Source of the DNA: Macrostomum lignano
Lineage: Eukaryota
Assembly: GCA_002269645.1 (NCBI GenBank)
Contig: NIVC01001557.1
Location: 186,001-250,000 of the forward strand
Length of the DNA stretch: 64,000 bases
Direction of reading: 5' to 3'
The notes below the pieces were generated by a model that saw only the letters and a program-made list of their open reading frames with translations, was not told where the DNA came from and did not search any database. This document shows, piece after piece, positions 37,201 through 49,600 of this stretch. A program made the position numbers and the translations under genes. Every line of letters begins with the position of its first letter. The stretch's first letter is position 1.

Positions 37201-40200
37201 TCATCAGCACCATCAAGGTGAGCAGCGACTCGTGTGTTTTCTAGAATCTGATTTAGAATCGCGCCCATAAACCAACTCCAGCCATTCCCATAAACCAACT
37301 CCAACCATTCCCATAAACCAACTCCAGCCATCCCCATAAACCAACTCCAGCCATCCCCATAAACCAACTTTACCACCCCCATAAACCAACTTTACCACCC
37401 CCATAAACCAACTTAACCATTCCCATAAACCAACTCCAACCATTCCCATAAACCAACTCCAGCCATCCCCATAAACCAACTCCAGCCATCCCCATAAACC
37501 AACTCCAGCCATTCCCATAAACCAACTCCAACCATTCCCATAAACCAACTCCAACCATTCCCATAAACCAACTCCAACCATTCCCATAAACCAACTCCAG
37601 CCATTCCCATAAACCAACTCCAACCATTCCCATAAACCAACTCCAGCCATCCCCATAAACCAACTCCAGCCATCCCCATAAACCAACTCCAGCCATCCCC
37701 ATAAACCAACTTTACCACCCCCATAAACCAACTTTACCACCCCCATAAACCAACTTAACCATTCCCATAAACCAACTCCAACCATTCCCATAAACCAACT
37801 CCAACCATCCCCATAAACCAACTCCAGCCACCCCCATAAACCAACTCCAGCCACCCCCATAAACCAACTTTACCATCCCCATAACCAACTTTACCATCCC
37901 CATAAACCAACTCCAGCCACCCCCATAAACCAACTCTAGCCACCCCTATAAACCAACTCCAGCCACCCCCATAAACCAACTCCAACCATTCCCATAAACC
38001 AACTCTAGCCACCCCCATAAACCAACTCCAGCCACCCCCATAAACCATCTCCAGCCACCCCCATAAACCAACTCCAGCCACCCCCATAGACCAAGAGCCT
38101 CTTCAACGCTCCCGCAGGCTCGCCCATCAGTCGTGCCAACAGCATCGGATGCCGGCCACAGAGTCGGGGCGGACTATTGTCCCAGTACCCCGTCGTGCAC
38201 CATCCCCATCATTCGCAGCAGCAGCAGCAGCAACAGAGATCGCCGCACATGCAATCTAGGAGTCGATTCCAGCATCAGCACCAGCACCATCATCGCAACT
38301 CATCCAGCCATCAGGTATTCGCTGAGCAGCAGGGTTTCTCAAGGCCGAGAACGACTAGTGATGCGGCTTCGCTTAACGCTTCTTGCGCTAACTGCGGCAC
38401 CAGGTATTCTCCGGGGGAAGTCGTATCAAGGTTGCATGTATTTCCACTGAGGCCATGAGCAGCCCTTTTATGGTTCTGTTTTACGAGTATAATACTACAT
38501 GTGTAGTTATTAGCTTTAAAAATCCATGTTCAAGTCAGAAATCCATATAGGAATAAAGTCCATCTAGGTTTTTAGGTCAGAATGACAGAATCATTAACTA
38601 TCGTATCTAACTAAATTCAAGGCTTTGAGGTCTAAACATTTGTACTTTTAGGTCAAGATCATCAATCAAGGTTTTTAGGTCAGGAATCATTCATCAAGGT
38701 TTTTAGGTCAGGAGTCATTCATCAAAGTTTTTAGGTCAGGAATCATTCATCAAAGTTTTTAGGTCAGGAGTCATTCATCAAAGTTTTTAGGTCAGGAATC
38801 ATTCATCAAGGTTTTTAGGTCAGGAGTCATTCATCAAGGTTTTTAGGTCAGGAATCATTAATCAAAGTTTTTAGGTCAGGAATCATTAATCAAAGTTTTT
38901 AGGTCAGGATCATTAATCAAGGTTTTTAGGTCAAGATAATTCATCAAAGTTTTTAGGTCAGGAATCATTCATCAAAGTTTTTAGGTCAGGAATCATTCAT
39001 CAAAGTTTTTAGGTCAGGAATCATTCATCAAAGTTTTTAGGTCAGGAATCATTCATCAAAGTTTTTAGGTCAGGAATCATTCATCAAAGTTTTTAGGTCA
39101 GGAATCATTCATCAAAAAGTTTTTAGGTCAGGAGTCATTCATCAAGGTTTTTAGGTCAGGAGTCATTCATCAAGGTTTTTAGGTCAGGAATCATTAATCA
39201 AAGTTTTTAGGTCAGGAATCATTAATCAAAGTTTTTAGGTCAAGATCATCAATCAAAGTTTTTAGGTCAGGAATCATTCATCAAAAAGTTTTTAGGTCAG
39301 GAATCATTCATCAAAAAGTTTTTAGGTCAGAAATCATTCATCAAAAAGTTTTTAGGTCAGGATCATTAATCAAGGTTTTTAGGTCAGGAGTCATTCATCA
39401 AGGTTTTTAGGTCAGGAATCATTAATCAAAGTTTTTAGGTCAGGAATCATTAACCAAAGTTTTTAGGTCAAGATCATCAATCAAAGTTTTTAGGTCAAGA
39501 TCATCAATCAAAGTTTTTAGGTCAGGAATCATTCATCAAAAAGTTTTTAGGTCAGGAATCATTCATCAAAAAGTTTTTAGGTCAGAAATCATTCATCAAA
39601 AAGTTTTTAGGTCAGAAATCATTCATCAAAAAGTTTTTAGGTCAGGAATCATTCATTAAAAGGTTTTTAGGTCAAGATCATCAATCAAGGTTTTTAGGTC
39701 AGGAATCATTCATTAAAGTTTTTAGGTCAAGATCACCAATCAAGGTTTTTAGGTCAGGCCCCATAGGCCCCTTGTCAGTCTCAAGCAGAACCTGCTCACT
39801 CCTGCGCCACCCTCTGCTAGCAGCAGCGGCGGCCTGCTCCGCGGTTTCCGTCCCCGGGCGATTTCCTACGGCAACAAGTTCGGTCGGCCAGCCGCTCAAC
39901 CAGCCGACGGAGAAGTCCTCGGCGTGTGCGACATCGCTAGTTCGTCGGGCGCCTCCCCGGCGCCTTCTCTGGCGCTGTCCAGCTGCATGCGGCCGCTGTC
40001 CGAGTCCACGGCCTCATCGTCTGGCGAGCTGGCCGTCCCTGCCGCGGTGTCGCAGCAGCCGTCTCGTCTATCAGCCGACGATGAGGGCAGCTACGTCACG
40101 ATGCTGCTCCGGCCCACACGGAGTTGCCTTCGTCAGAACAGCTATCAGCAGCAGCGGGAGCTGGACGAGCACAAGGGCCTGAACGGTGATGACGACTTCG

Positions 40201-40346
40201 ATCCCTACTGGACACCGCCTGGACGGTTGGACAGCCTGCTGGGTCCCGGCACTTCTGTGGAACCCCCGACAGTTGACAGCGCAGCGTCTCTCGTTGGTGG
40301 ATCTGAGGACTACTTCATGATGGACCTCGGCGGTGCCACCGACTGA
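31202..40346 (+). CDS. IRS: Insulin receptor substrate (IRS/chico)-like adaptor: PH + IRS-type PTB + YxxM tail, ~750 aa
   Basis: Phase-consistent exons: 31202-31534, 32395-32787, 33199-33434, 35133-35440, 36811-36861 (51 nt), 37149-37217, 38118-38403, and 39767 (or 39758)-40346; total 2256 nt. PH: AYIKEVQAKKKRFFVLK...FDTEDELSRWY. PTB: NLPGQYRFCLT...IRSCTHS...IDLGRLSPLGEGLLHF, matching IRS1 NLIGIYRLCLT...IRRCGHS...EVGRSAVTGPGEFW. YxxM motifs YCLM, YVTM, YFMM. The C-terminal exon choices are less certain. Confidence 0.85.
31681..32171. repeat. 21-bp minisatellite (cagaaacagcatgtcttcttt) in IRS intron 1
   Basis: Direct tandem array; source of the FQKQHVF ORFs. Confidence 0.95.
32847..33030. repeat. 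22-bp minisatellite (tacaagctgaatagctgcaggt) in IRS intron 2
   Basis: About 8 near-perfect copies. Confidence 0.95.
33521..35045. repeat. 12-bp-based minisatellite (tgtgaaccctat / tgtgaatggccc) in IRS intron 3
   Basis: Stop-free in several frames (NPIVNGPV ORF). It contains a 240-bp higher-order duplication: the lines at 33901 and 34141 are identical. Confidence 0.95.
35500..36000. repeat. ~48-bp tandem repeat (gagaatcggccttcaaaaaattatcagaatcggtttatgtaaccctat) in IRS intron 4
   Basis: Built from two related ~24-bp halves. Confidence 0.9.
37262..38089. repeat. 23-bp minisatellite (attcccataaaccaactccagcc) in an IRS intron
   Basis: Direct tandem array between exons ending at 37217 and starting at 38118. 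Confidence 0.95.
38645..39757. repeat. 28-bp minisatellite (aaagtttttaggtcaggaatcattcatc) in the last IRS intron
   Basis: Direct tandem array running up to the acceptor of the last exon. Confidence 0.95.
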
Positions 40347-40774
40347 TTTTCAATTTGTTTGCCTCATGCCGCGCCATGCCTGTGGCGAGTGTCACACCTC
40401 AAACCTTGTGCGTTTCATTGCATTCGTTGAATGGCTTGGCAAGAGTTGATTTGTAAATTTCTATTTTCAACTGTGTGTAGAATTTTGATTTGAATATTAT
40501 CCTGCTTATTTATCTTGATGTTAATGATACTTCTTCCCGGGTTATTTATTCCAAAATTTTACCTTCTACTATTTCATTTGCTTGCTGCTCGCTTGTTCAT
40601 GCTCTTTATGATATTTGTATGCATACGAAAATGTCATTGTAACGTTTTGCTCGGATATTGTTCATTGTTGATTCTTTTCATGTCCACGCATTATTAATTT
40701 GTAGCTATTAACCTGCACTGACTACAGCCTTAAAGATTATTTGTTAATAAGATATATAAAAACATAAATGCGGC

Positions 40775-41655
40775 ACAGATAAGCGAGATTTACAGGTGAG
40801 TTGGGCACAGATAAGCGAGATTTACAGGTGAGTGGGGCTCAAATAGGAGAGATTTTCAGGTGAGTGGGGCACAGATAAGAGATACAGGTGAGTGGGGCAC
40901 AGACAAGAGAGATACAGGTGAGTGGGGCACAGATAAGAGAGATACAGGTGAGTGGGGCACAGATAAGAGAGATAAAGTTGAGTGGGGCACAGATAAGAGA
41001 TACAGGTGAGTGGGGCACAGACAAGAGAGATACAGGTGAGTGGGGCACAGATAAGAGAGATAAAGTTGAGTGGGGCACAGATAAGAGAGATACAGGTGAG
41101 TGGGGCACAGACAAGAGAGATACAGGTGAGTGGGGCACAGATAAGAGAGATTTACAGGTGAGTGGGGCACAGATAAGCGAGATTTACAGGTGAGTGGGGC
41201 ACAGATAAGAGAGATACAGGTGAGTGAGGCACAGATAAGAGATACAGGTGAGTTAGGCACAGATAAGAGAGATACAGGTGAGTGAGGCACAGATAAGAGA
41301 TACAGGTGAGTGGGGCACAGATAAGAGATACAGGTGAGTGAGGCACAGATAAGAGATACAGGTGAGTGAGGCACAGATAAGAGATACAGGTGAGTGGGGC
41401 ACAGATAAGAGATACAGGTGAGTGAGGCTCAGATAAGAGATACAGGTGAGTGGGGCACAGATAAGAGAGATACAGGTGAGTGAGGCACAGATAAGAGATA
41501 CAGGTGAGTGGGGCACAGATAAGAGAGACAAAGTTGAGTGGGGCACAGATAAGAGAGACAAAGTTGAGTGGGGCACAGATAAGAGATACAGGTGAGTGGG
41601 GCACAGATAAGCGAGATTTACAGGTGAGTGGGGCACACATAAGAGAGACAGTTAA
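40775..41655. repeat. 28-30-bp minisatellite (acaggtgagtggggcacagataagagagat) downstream of IRS
   Basis: Direct tandem array; most units contain CAGGTGAGT. Confidence 0.95.
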
Positions 41656-42304
41656 GTGGGGCACAGAGACAAAGGTGAGGCTGCTAACCTGTTTGCTTGC
41701 TGCCTGCGGCACCCTGACAGCAGAAATGCGTCATATTGAATTATTGCTTGTCCAGTTTGCACAGCTAGTCACGGTTGTTGCAGGTCTGTCTGTTGTAAAC
41801 ATTTGTGGGTAATCAGCACTATATCGGTCTACAGAAATATTGGACTAGCACACAGCTCATTTTCTCCCATTCGCTTCGTTATTTCTTTCTGCACCTCAAT
41901 TGCTTCAATGCCCAAATCCCTCCGTTTTTACCTGGCTTTTTCCTTTGTTAATATCTAGTCAGTTTATATTTTGATTTCATCGCGCCTGCACAGTGAGGCC
42001 TCTGACAATTGTTCGATCTGTTATAATGAGTAAATATATGCGCGTATTGCGTATTAGTGTGTATTGACAAATATATCGAATCACTTCTCCAGCCCCTGAG
42101 CTCTTCCCGCTTGGTTTCGCTAGGAATTTTGGCTGTTTTTTGTTGTTTTCTTTTTTGTTTTAATTAGTAAGCTTTCTTGCGTGACCTGGTCTGGTAGGTC
42201 TCAGTTGTTAGTTCTCAGTTAATTATTTATTTCAGCCTTTGTCTCGTTTCTCGCTGCCATTTTTTAATTCTTTTTACCCTCTTAGATGGCTTTGAATTCC
42301 TTTG

Positions 42305-42583
42305 CTGACTGACTGACTGACTGACTGACTGACTGACTGACTGACTGACTCACTGACTGACTGACTGACTGACTGACTCACTGACTGACTCACTGACTGA
42401 CTCACTGACTGACTGACTCACTGACTCACTGACTGACTGACTGACTGACTCACTGACTCACTGACTGACTCACTGACTCACTGACTCACTGACTCACTGA
42501 CTCACTGACTCACTGACTGACTGACTGACTGACTGACTGACTGACTGACTGACTGACTGACTGACTGACTGACTGACTGACTG
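42305..42583. repeat. (CTGA)n/(CTCA) microsatellite
   Basis: Tetranucleotide repeat. Confidence 0.97.
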
Positions 42584-43294
42584 TATTAATCTCGGGCATG
42601 AGTTTGCTCTTCCTCTCAGTCTTAACATTGAGTCCTACTCATAAAAGTACAAGTCAACAACAGCAGCGTCTGTGTAGGCCCGTGTGCTCTGTCCCTGGAA
42701 ATCCAGCTGTGCTAACAGATGTGTGGGCAAAACAGTAGCAGGCAGGCAAGCAGCAGAGATGAGAGAGAAGGGCTGGCGATGGCGAACCATATGATGCTGG
42801 GTATCCGACTGATCCCAGATCTTTTATCTGGGCAATGCACGTGCGATTGAGGATATGGTGTGTGTTCTGTGCTCAACACTGTAATACTCTGGCCCTCTCT
42901 ACATCGGTGTCTTTGAACTGAACCCGAAATTTGAGCAGGCTGGATACAGTGGGACGTCTGATTCCCACACTGGGACTACCCGCCCTTCTTGTGACATTGC
43001 GGCTGGCAATTTTGTATCGTTTCGAATATTTCGACCCAGTTCTTGTCTGATGCTATTTGTGTCTGCCCCGGTTGGAATATCTTTTCTGAATCTGTAGCAG
43101 ATTGTTCTTCGTGCGTGGGAATTCTTCCAGAAGATTGTAGGGTTTCGATTGCAGTTGTTGCTGTTTGGGCACCGGAGGTGTGGCATATGTCGTTTGAATG
43201 TCTGGGGACTATTGGGTGCCATCGTACTGGAGTCTAAAGAGTCACTGGTGTGTTAGGACAGTTTGTTGAAAAGGTATAGCATTGTATTTTTAAA

Positions 43295-45625
43295 AGGAAT
43301 CATTGGATAGTCAAGGGGAATCATTGGGTTGTCAATAGAAATGATTGGATTGTAACAGGGGAATTATTGGATTGTCACAGGGAAATTATTGGATTGTGAC
43401 GAGGATAATCATTGGAATTTCACAGGAAAATCATCGGATTGTCACAGGGGAATCATCGGATTGTCAGGGAAATCATTGGATTGTCACAGGGGAATCATTG
43501 GATTGTCACAGGGTAATCATTGGAATTTCACAGGAAAATCATTGGATTGTCACAGGGTAATCATTAGATTGTCACAGGGTAATCATTGGAATTTCACAGG
43601 AAAATCATTGGATTGTCACAGGGTAATCATTGGATTGTCACAGGAAAATCATTGGATTGTCACAGGGTAATCATTGGATTGTCTCAGGGTAATCATTGGA
43701 TTGTCACAGGGGAATCATTGGATTGTCACAGGGGAATCATTGGAATTTCACAGGGTAATCATTGGATTGTCACAGGGGAATCATTGGATTGTCACAGGGG
43801 AATCATTGGAATTTCACAGAAAAATCATTGGATTGTCACAGGGTAATCATTGGATTGTCACAGGAAAATCATTGGATTGTCACAGGGTAATCATTGGATT
43901 GTCACAGAGTAATCATTGGATTGTCACAGGGGAATCATAGAATGTCACAGGGTAATCATTGGATTGTCACAGGGTAATCATTGGATTGTCACAGGGTAAT
44001 CATTGGATTGTCACAGGGGAATCATTGGAATTTCACAGGAAAATCATCGGATTGTCACAGGGGAATCATCGGATTGTCACAGGGGAATCATTGGATTGTC
44101 ACAGGGGAATCATTGGATTGTCACAGGGTAATCATTGGAATTTCACAGGAAAATCATTGGATTGTCACAGGGTAATCATTGGAATTTCACAGGGTAATCA
44201 TTGGAATTTCACAGGAAAATCATTGGATTGTCACAGGGTAATCATTGGATTGTCACAGGAAAATCATTGGATTGTCACAGGGTAATCATTCGATTGTCTC
44301 AGGGTAATCATTGGATTGTCACAGGGGAATCATTGGATTGTCACAGGGGAATCATTGGAATTTCACAGGGTAATCATTGGATTGTCACAGGGGAATCATT
44401 GGATTGTCACAGGGGAATCATTGGAATTTCACAGGAAAATCATTGGATTGTCACAGGGTAATCATTGGATTGTCACAGGAAAATCATTGGATTGTCACAG
44501 GGTAATCATTGGATTGTCACAGAGTAATCATTGGATTGTCACAGGGGAATCATAGAATGTCACAGGGTAATCATTGGATTGTCACAGGGTAATCATTGGA
44601 TTGTCACAGGGTAATCATTGGATTGTCACAGGGGAATCATTGGAATTTCACAGGGTAATCATTGGATTGTCACAGGGTAATCATTGGATTGTCACAGGGG
44701 AATCATTGGATTGTCACAGGGTAATCATTGGATTGTCACAGGGGAATCATTAGAATTTCACAGGAAAATCATTGGATTGTCACAGGGTAATCATTGGATT
44801 GTCACAGGAAAATCATTGGATTGTCACAGGGTAATCATTGTATTGTCACAGAGTAATCATTGGATTGTCACAGGGTAATCATCGGATTGTCACAGGGGAA
44901 TCATCGGATTGTCACAGGGAAATCATTGGATTGTCACAGGGGAATCATTGGATTGTCACAGGGGAATCATTGGATTGTCACAGGGGAATCATCGGATTGT
45001 CACAGGGTAATCATTGGATTGTCAGGCAAATCATTGGATTGTCACAGGGTAATCATTGGATTGTCACAGGGTAATCATTAGATTGTCACAGGGTAATCAT
45101 TGGATTGTCACAGGGGAATCATTGGATTGTCACAGGGGAATCATTGGAATTTCACAGGAAAATCATTGGATTGTCACAGGAAAATCATTGGATTGTCACA
45201 GGGTAATCATTGGATTGTCTCAGGGTAATCATTGGATTGTCTCAGGGTAATCATTGGATTGTCTCAGGGTAATCATTGGATTGTCACAGGGTAATCATTG
45301 GAATTTCACAGGAAAATCATTGGATTGTCACAGGGGAATCATTGGATTGTCACAGGAAAATCATTGGATTGTCACAGGGTAATCATTGGATTGTCACAGG
45401 AAAATCATTGGATTGTCACAGGGTTGTCACAGGGTAATCATTGGATTGTCACAGGGTTGTCACAGGGTAATCATTGGATTGTCACAGAGTAATCATTGGA
45501 ATTTCACAGGGTAATCATTGGATTGTCAGAGGGGAATCATTGGATTGTCACAGGGTAATCATTGGATTGTCACAGGGTAATCATTGGATTGTCACAGGGT
45601 AATCATTGGATTGTCACAGGGGATC
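43295..45625. repeat. 22-bp minisatellite (gggtaatcattggattgtcaca), ~2.3 kb
   Basis: Direct tandem array with an internal ~615-bp block duplication (ORFs at 43586 and 44201 are nearly identical). Confidence 0.95.
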
Positions 45626-46239
45626 CAGTCAGTCAGTCAGGGGAATCATTCGATCCTCGCAGGGAATCATTAGAAGGGCATCAAAGCAGTCAGTCGTGTT
45701 GATTTCACTGGCTGGGTCTCATTAATGATCAGTCGCTAAGCTATGGACGACAGGCTACGCAAGAATGCATGACTGCCTCGCCCCCTTGCACTCGAATCCT
45801 TTTTATGACTAGGAGAAATAAGCCAGCGCAAATATTTTATGCTTTTTCATTGCAAAGGCGCATGCTTTGTAGATTATAGTTTCAATTGTTGACAATACGC
45901 TCCAGCCAGTCTGTCTCCATCTTGTCTATTTAGTTGCTATGTGTGGGCGTGCAGCCTATTATAGCTTTTTTTCTGTCTGCATCTTATATTTATTGCTTGA
46001 ACTTGCACTGCTTGCAGTGTAGAGTTTCTCGTATTTATATTATTAGAATGCCATATTGCTAGTACTGTTATTAGTATATTGCGATTACGACAACTCTAGC
46101 AAGCAGTCCTGAGCGTGTAAAGCAGTTTGAAAATTCGCAGCTGGGGCGCTTTAATCTGGGACATGCCGGCAGCATTGATGTTCGCTAACAATAACAGGAA
46201 GTGGATTTTAATGCAGTAAAATACACAGACAGGGAGAGA

Positions 46240-46474
46240 GGGAGGTAGACAGACAGGCAAGCAGACAGACAGACAGACACTAAGACAGACAGACAGACAG
46301 ACAAACAGGACAGACAGACAGACAGACAGAAAGACAGACACTAAGACAGCCAGACAGACACTAAGACAGCCAGACAGACAGACAGATACTAAGACAGACA
46401 GATAGACAGGCAGACACTAAGACACTAAGACAGACAGCCAGACAGACACTAAGACAAACAGCCAGACAGACACT

Positions 46475-46531
<57 letters not shown>

Positions 46532-46575
46532 GGACAGACAGACAGACAGACAAGCAGACAGACGCACACACAGGC

Positions 46576-46608
<33 letters not shown>
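46240..46608. repeat. (AGAC)n microsatellite immediately upstream of the PHF20-like start
   Basis: Tetranucleotide repeat with actaag interruptions. Confidence 0.95.
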
Positions 46609-46614
<6 letters not shown>

Positions 46615-46673
46615 CATACAAAGCCAACTCACCCTCAGCGAATCGCCCCGTCAGTCGCCAGTCGCAGCCAGTC

Positions 46674-49600
46674 ATGTCCAGCCTTCCCAAGCGCCCTGGC
46701 CTCGTGTGGCAAGTCGGCGAATTTCTGGAAGCCCAGGACGCGTGGGGCAACTGGACGGCCGCCAAGCTGCTGGCGGTGCACGAGGACACGAAGTCCGTGC
46801 TGGTGCACTACCACAAGTGGAGCGCCAAGTTCGACGAGGAGATCGAGATGAGCAGCGAGCGGCTCAGGCCGCTGAATAAACCGACGAAGCAGTCAGCTGA
46901 GTCAGCCGAGGCCGCCGCCTTCCAGCCCGGCGATCTGGTGCTGGCGAGATGGCGCGACACCCTCTGGTATCAGGCCAAGGTCATTTCCGTTGACAGCAAA
47001 GGTCACTACAGTTTGTTCTTCACGTTGGATAGCTGGAAAGCTAAGGGTTACAGGTGAGCGCTTGCTGCCATCGGTTATGCGTGACCAATTTTGCACACTA
47101 TGACCAAACTCAGCATGGCCAATTCACACCATGACCAAACTCAGCATGACCAACTCACATCATGACCAATTCATAGCATGACCAACTCATAGCATGACCA
47201 ATTCAGGGCATGACCAACTCACAGCATGACCAACTCACAGCATGACCAATTCATAGCATGACCAACTCACATCATGACCAATTCATAGCATGACCAATTC
47301 ACACCATGACCAAACTCAGCATGGCCAATTCACACCATGACCAAACTCAGCGTGGCCAATTCACACCATGACCAAACTCAGCGTGGCCAATTCACACCAT
47401 GACCAAACTCAGCGTGGCCAATTCACACCATGACCAAACTCAGCATGACCAACTCACACAATGACCAACTCACATCATGACCAATTCATAGCATGACCAA
47501 CTCACAGCATGACCAACTCACATCATGACCAATTATAGTCAGCATGACCAACTCATAGCATGACCAATTCAGGGCATGACCAACTCACGGCATAACTACC
47601 TCATAGTATGACCAATTATAGTCAGCATGACCAACTCATAGTATGACCAATTATAGTCAGCATGACCAACTCATAGTATGACCAATTATAGTCAGCATGA
47701 CCAATTCACAGCATGACCAATTCACAGCATGACCAATTCACAGCATGACCAACTCAGCATGACCAACTCACAGCATGACCAACTCACTAATCGAAACTTC
47801 GCCCCATTGTCGCCACCCCGCAGGGCCTCCCAGCTGAAGCCGTACGACGCAGCCGAGGCCGAGGCGATCTTCGCCGCCCAGTGGCCGGCCACGGGGCCCA
47901 GCGAGATCAACTATGACCCCATGGTACGCCGCATTCAGGAGAACTCCCGGCGCCGACGGCTGGAGAAACGCGGCGGCGGCGTCGGCGGCGGCGGTGGCGG
48001 CGGTGGCGACGACGCGGATGACCAGCTGATGCTCAACTCCACCTGCCCGGAGTCGCTGCTGTCAGCTGAGCTGGCCTCAGCCTCATCCAGTGATGCTGGC
48101 GGCGCTTCTTCATCACAGCAACAGCAACAGAAGCAAAAGCAGCAACAGAAGCAGCAGCAGCAGAAGCTTTCCCAGTCCTTCAATGCTGCCAGCGAGACCC
48201 GACGAAGCCGTCGGCGAACCGCCGCTCCACAGCCGGCCAAGTCGCAGGCAGCGCCGCAGTCCCCGCCACCGCCTTCGCCGACTCCTCCTCAGGAGGCTCC
48301 AGAGCCGAAGCAGGGCCGGCTGCCGCCATTAAAGATGACGTTGAAAATTCCGACAAATTTGCTACTAAAAGAAGAAAAAGAAGCAGAGGAAGCGGCCGCG
48401 GCAGCTGCAATCAAGCCAGAAAAGCAGCAGTCTGAATACTCGCTGACGTTTGAAGAGTGCCAAGAGGATGCTTCGGTTTCGCCCAAGCAACTGCCGGACC
48501 AGCTCAGTAGGAAGCGACCGGCAGACTCTCCGCCCGCTGAGCTGCCAGCCAGTGAGGAGGCCAGCACCCTGCCGAAACCGTCCGCTGTTGAGCCTGAGCA
48601 CGAACCGCTGGCAAAGCGAGCTCGGCTGGACCCTGAGCTGGAGCAGAACAGCTTCAGCAGCGATCAGAATGTTGTGGCCGAGGCTGGCAGTTCGGCCGCC
48701 ACCACCGCCATGACCACCGCTATGATGAGCGCTGAGGAGACTGTGGAGTCTGCTGCCGATGCCTCAGCAGAACTCCTGCCGCCGCCGCCACCGCCGCCGC
48801 CGCAGCAGCAGGGTTCTCAGCACGAGCAGCGACTGTTGAAAATGCGAGTCCGGCTGCCCAAGCTGTCAACTCCATCGCTGGATCGGTCAGCTTCCGTGTG
48901 CAGCCCCGCCGCTCCGACCTCCGCCGCCGCTGTTGCCGCCGCCGCCACCGCCACTTCGACGCCCGGATCGTCGGCTTGGACGGCCGACAGGCGGCGCTCG
49001 TTCTTCGGCTCGGGCGGCCTCGGCCGCAGCAACAGCAGCGCCACAAGCGTCGGCAGCGGCAGCGGCAAGCGGAAGACTTCAACTGAGCCGACTGTGCCCG
49101 CCCACTGGACCATCGAGACATTCGAATGCGACCAGTGCGGCAAGAGCTTCCGCAAGGAGAAGCTGCTGTCCGACCACATCAGGTTCTACCATCGGCCCAA
49201 AGGTTCCGGCCGCGCTGCGTCCTCGTCCAAGGCTGCGGCAGCCGGCGACAACGCCTCTTCGTCCAGGCGTAGCGAGGCTGCCACCGCCGAGGATCTGGAA
49301 TCTCTGATGTCGTCTAGTCGCGATCAGCACGACTCCGAGCTCGCGTCCCAGCCGGCCACGGTCAGCAAGGCGCATCATAAATCGTCCAGTTCCTCGTTGC
49401 AGTCATCGGCTGCTGCTGCTACCGCTGCAGCAGCCGCCGCCGCAGCGGAGGCTTCGATAGTCGCGCCAGACAAGCGGCGGGTTGTTCACTGCCAGTGCGG
49501 CCGCTCGGGCGAAGACGACATGATCCAGTGCGAGGTCTGCCGCGCCTTCCAGCACGCCCGCTGCGCCTCCAAAGCCGTTGACTTGCGCAGCATACCGGAT

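Noticed and set aside
42899-43237. 107-aa and 64-aa ORFs between microsatellites
   Set aside because: No recognisable motif or splice context; possibly a TE remnant, but it cannot be supported.
31583-45492. CRISPR-like arrays or repeat proteins from the many minisatellite ORFs
   Set aside because: The units are contiguous without unique spacers, there are no cas genes, the context is eukaryotic, and the ORFs are repeat translations.
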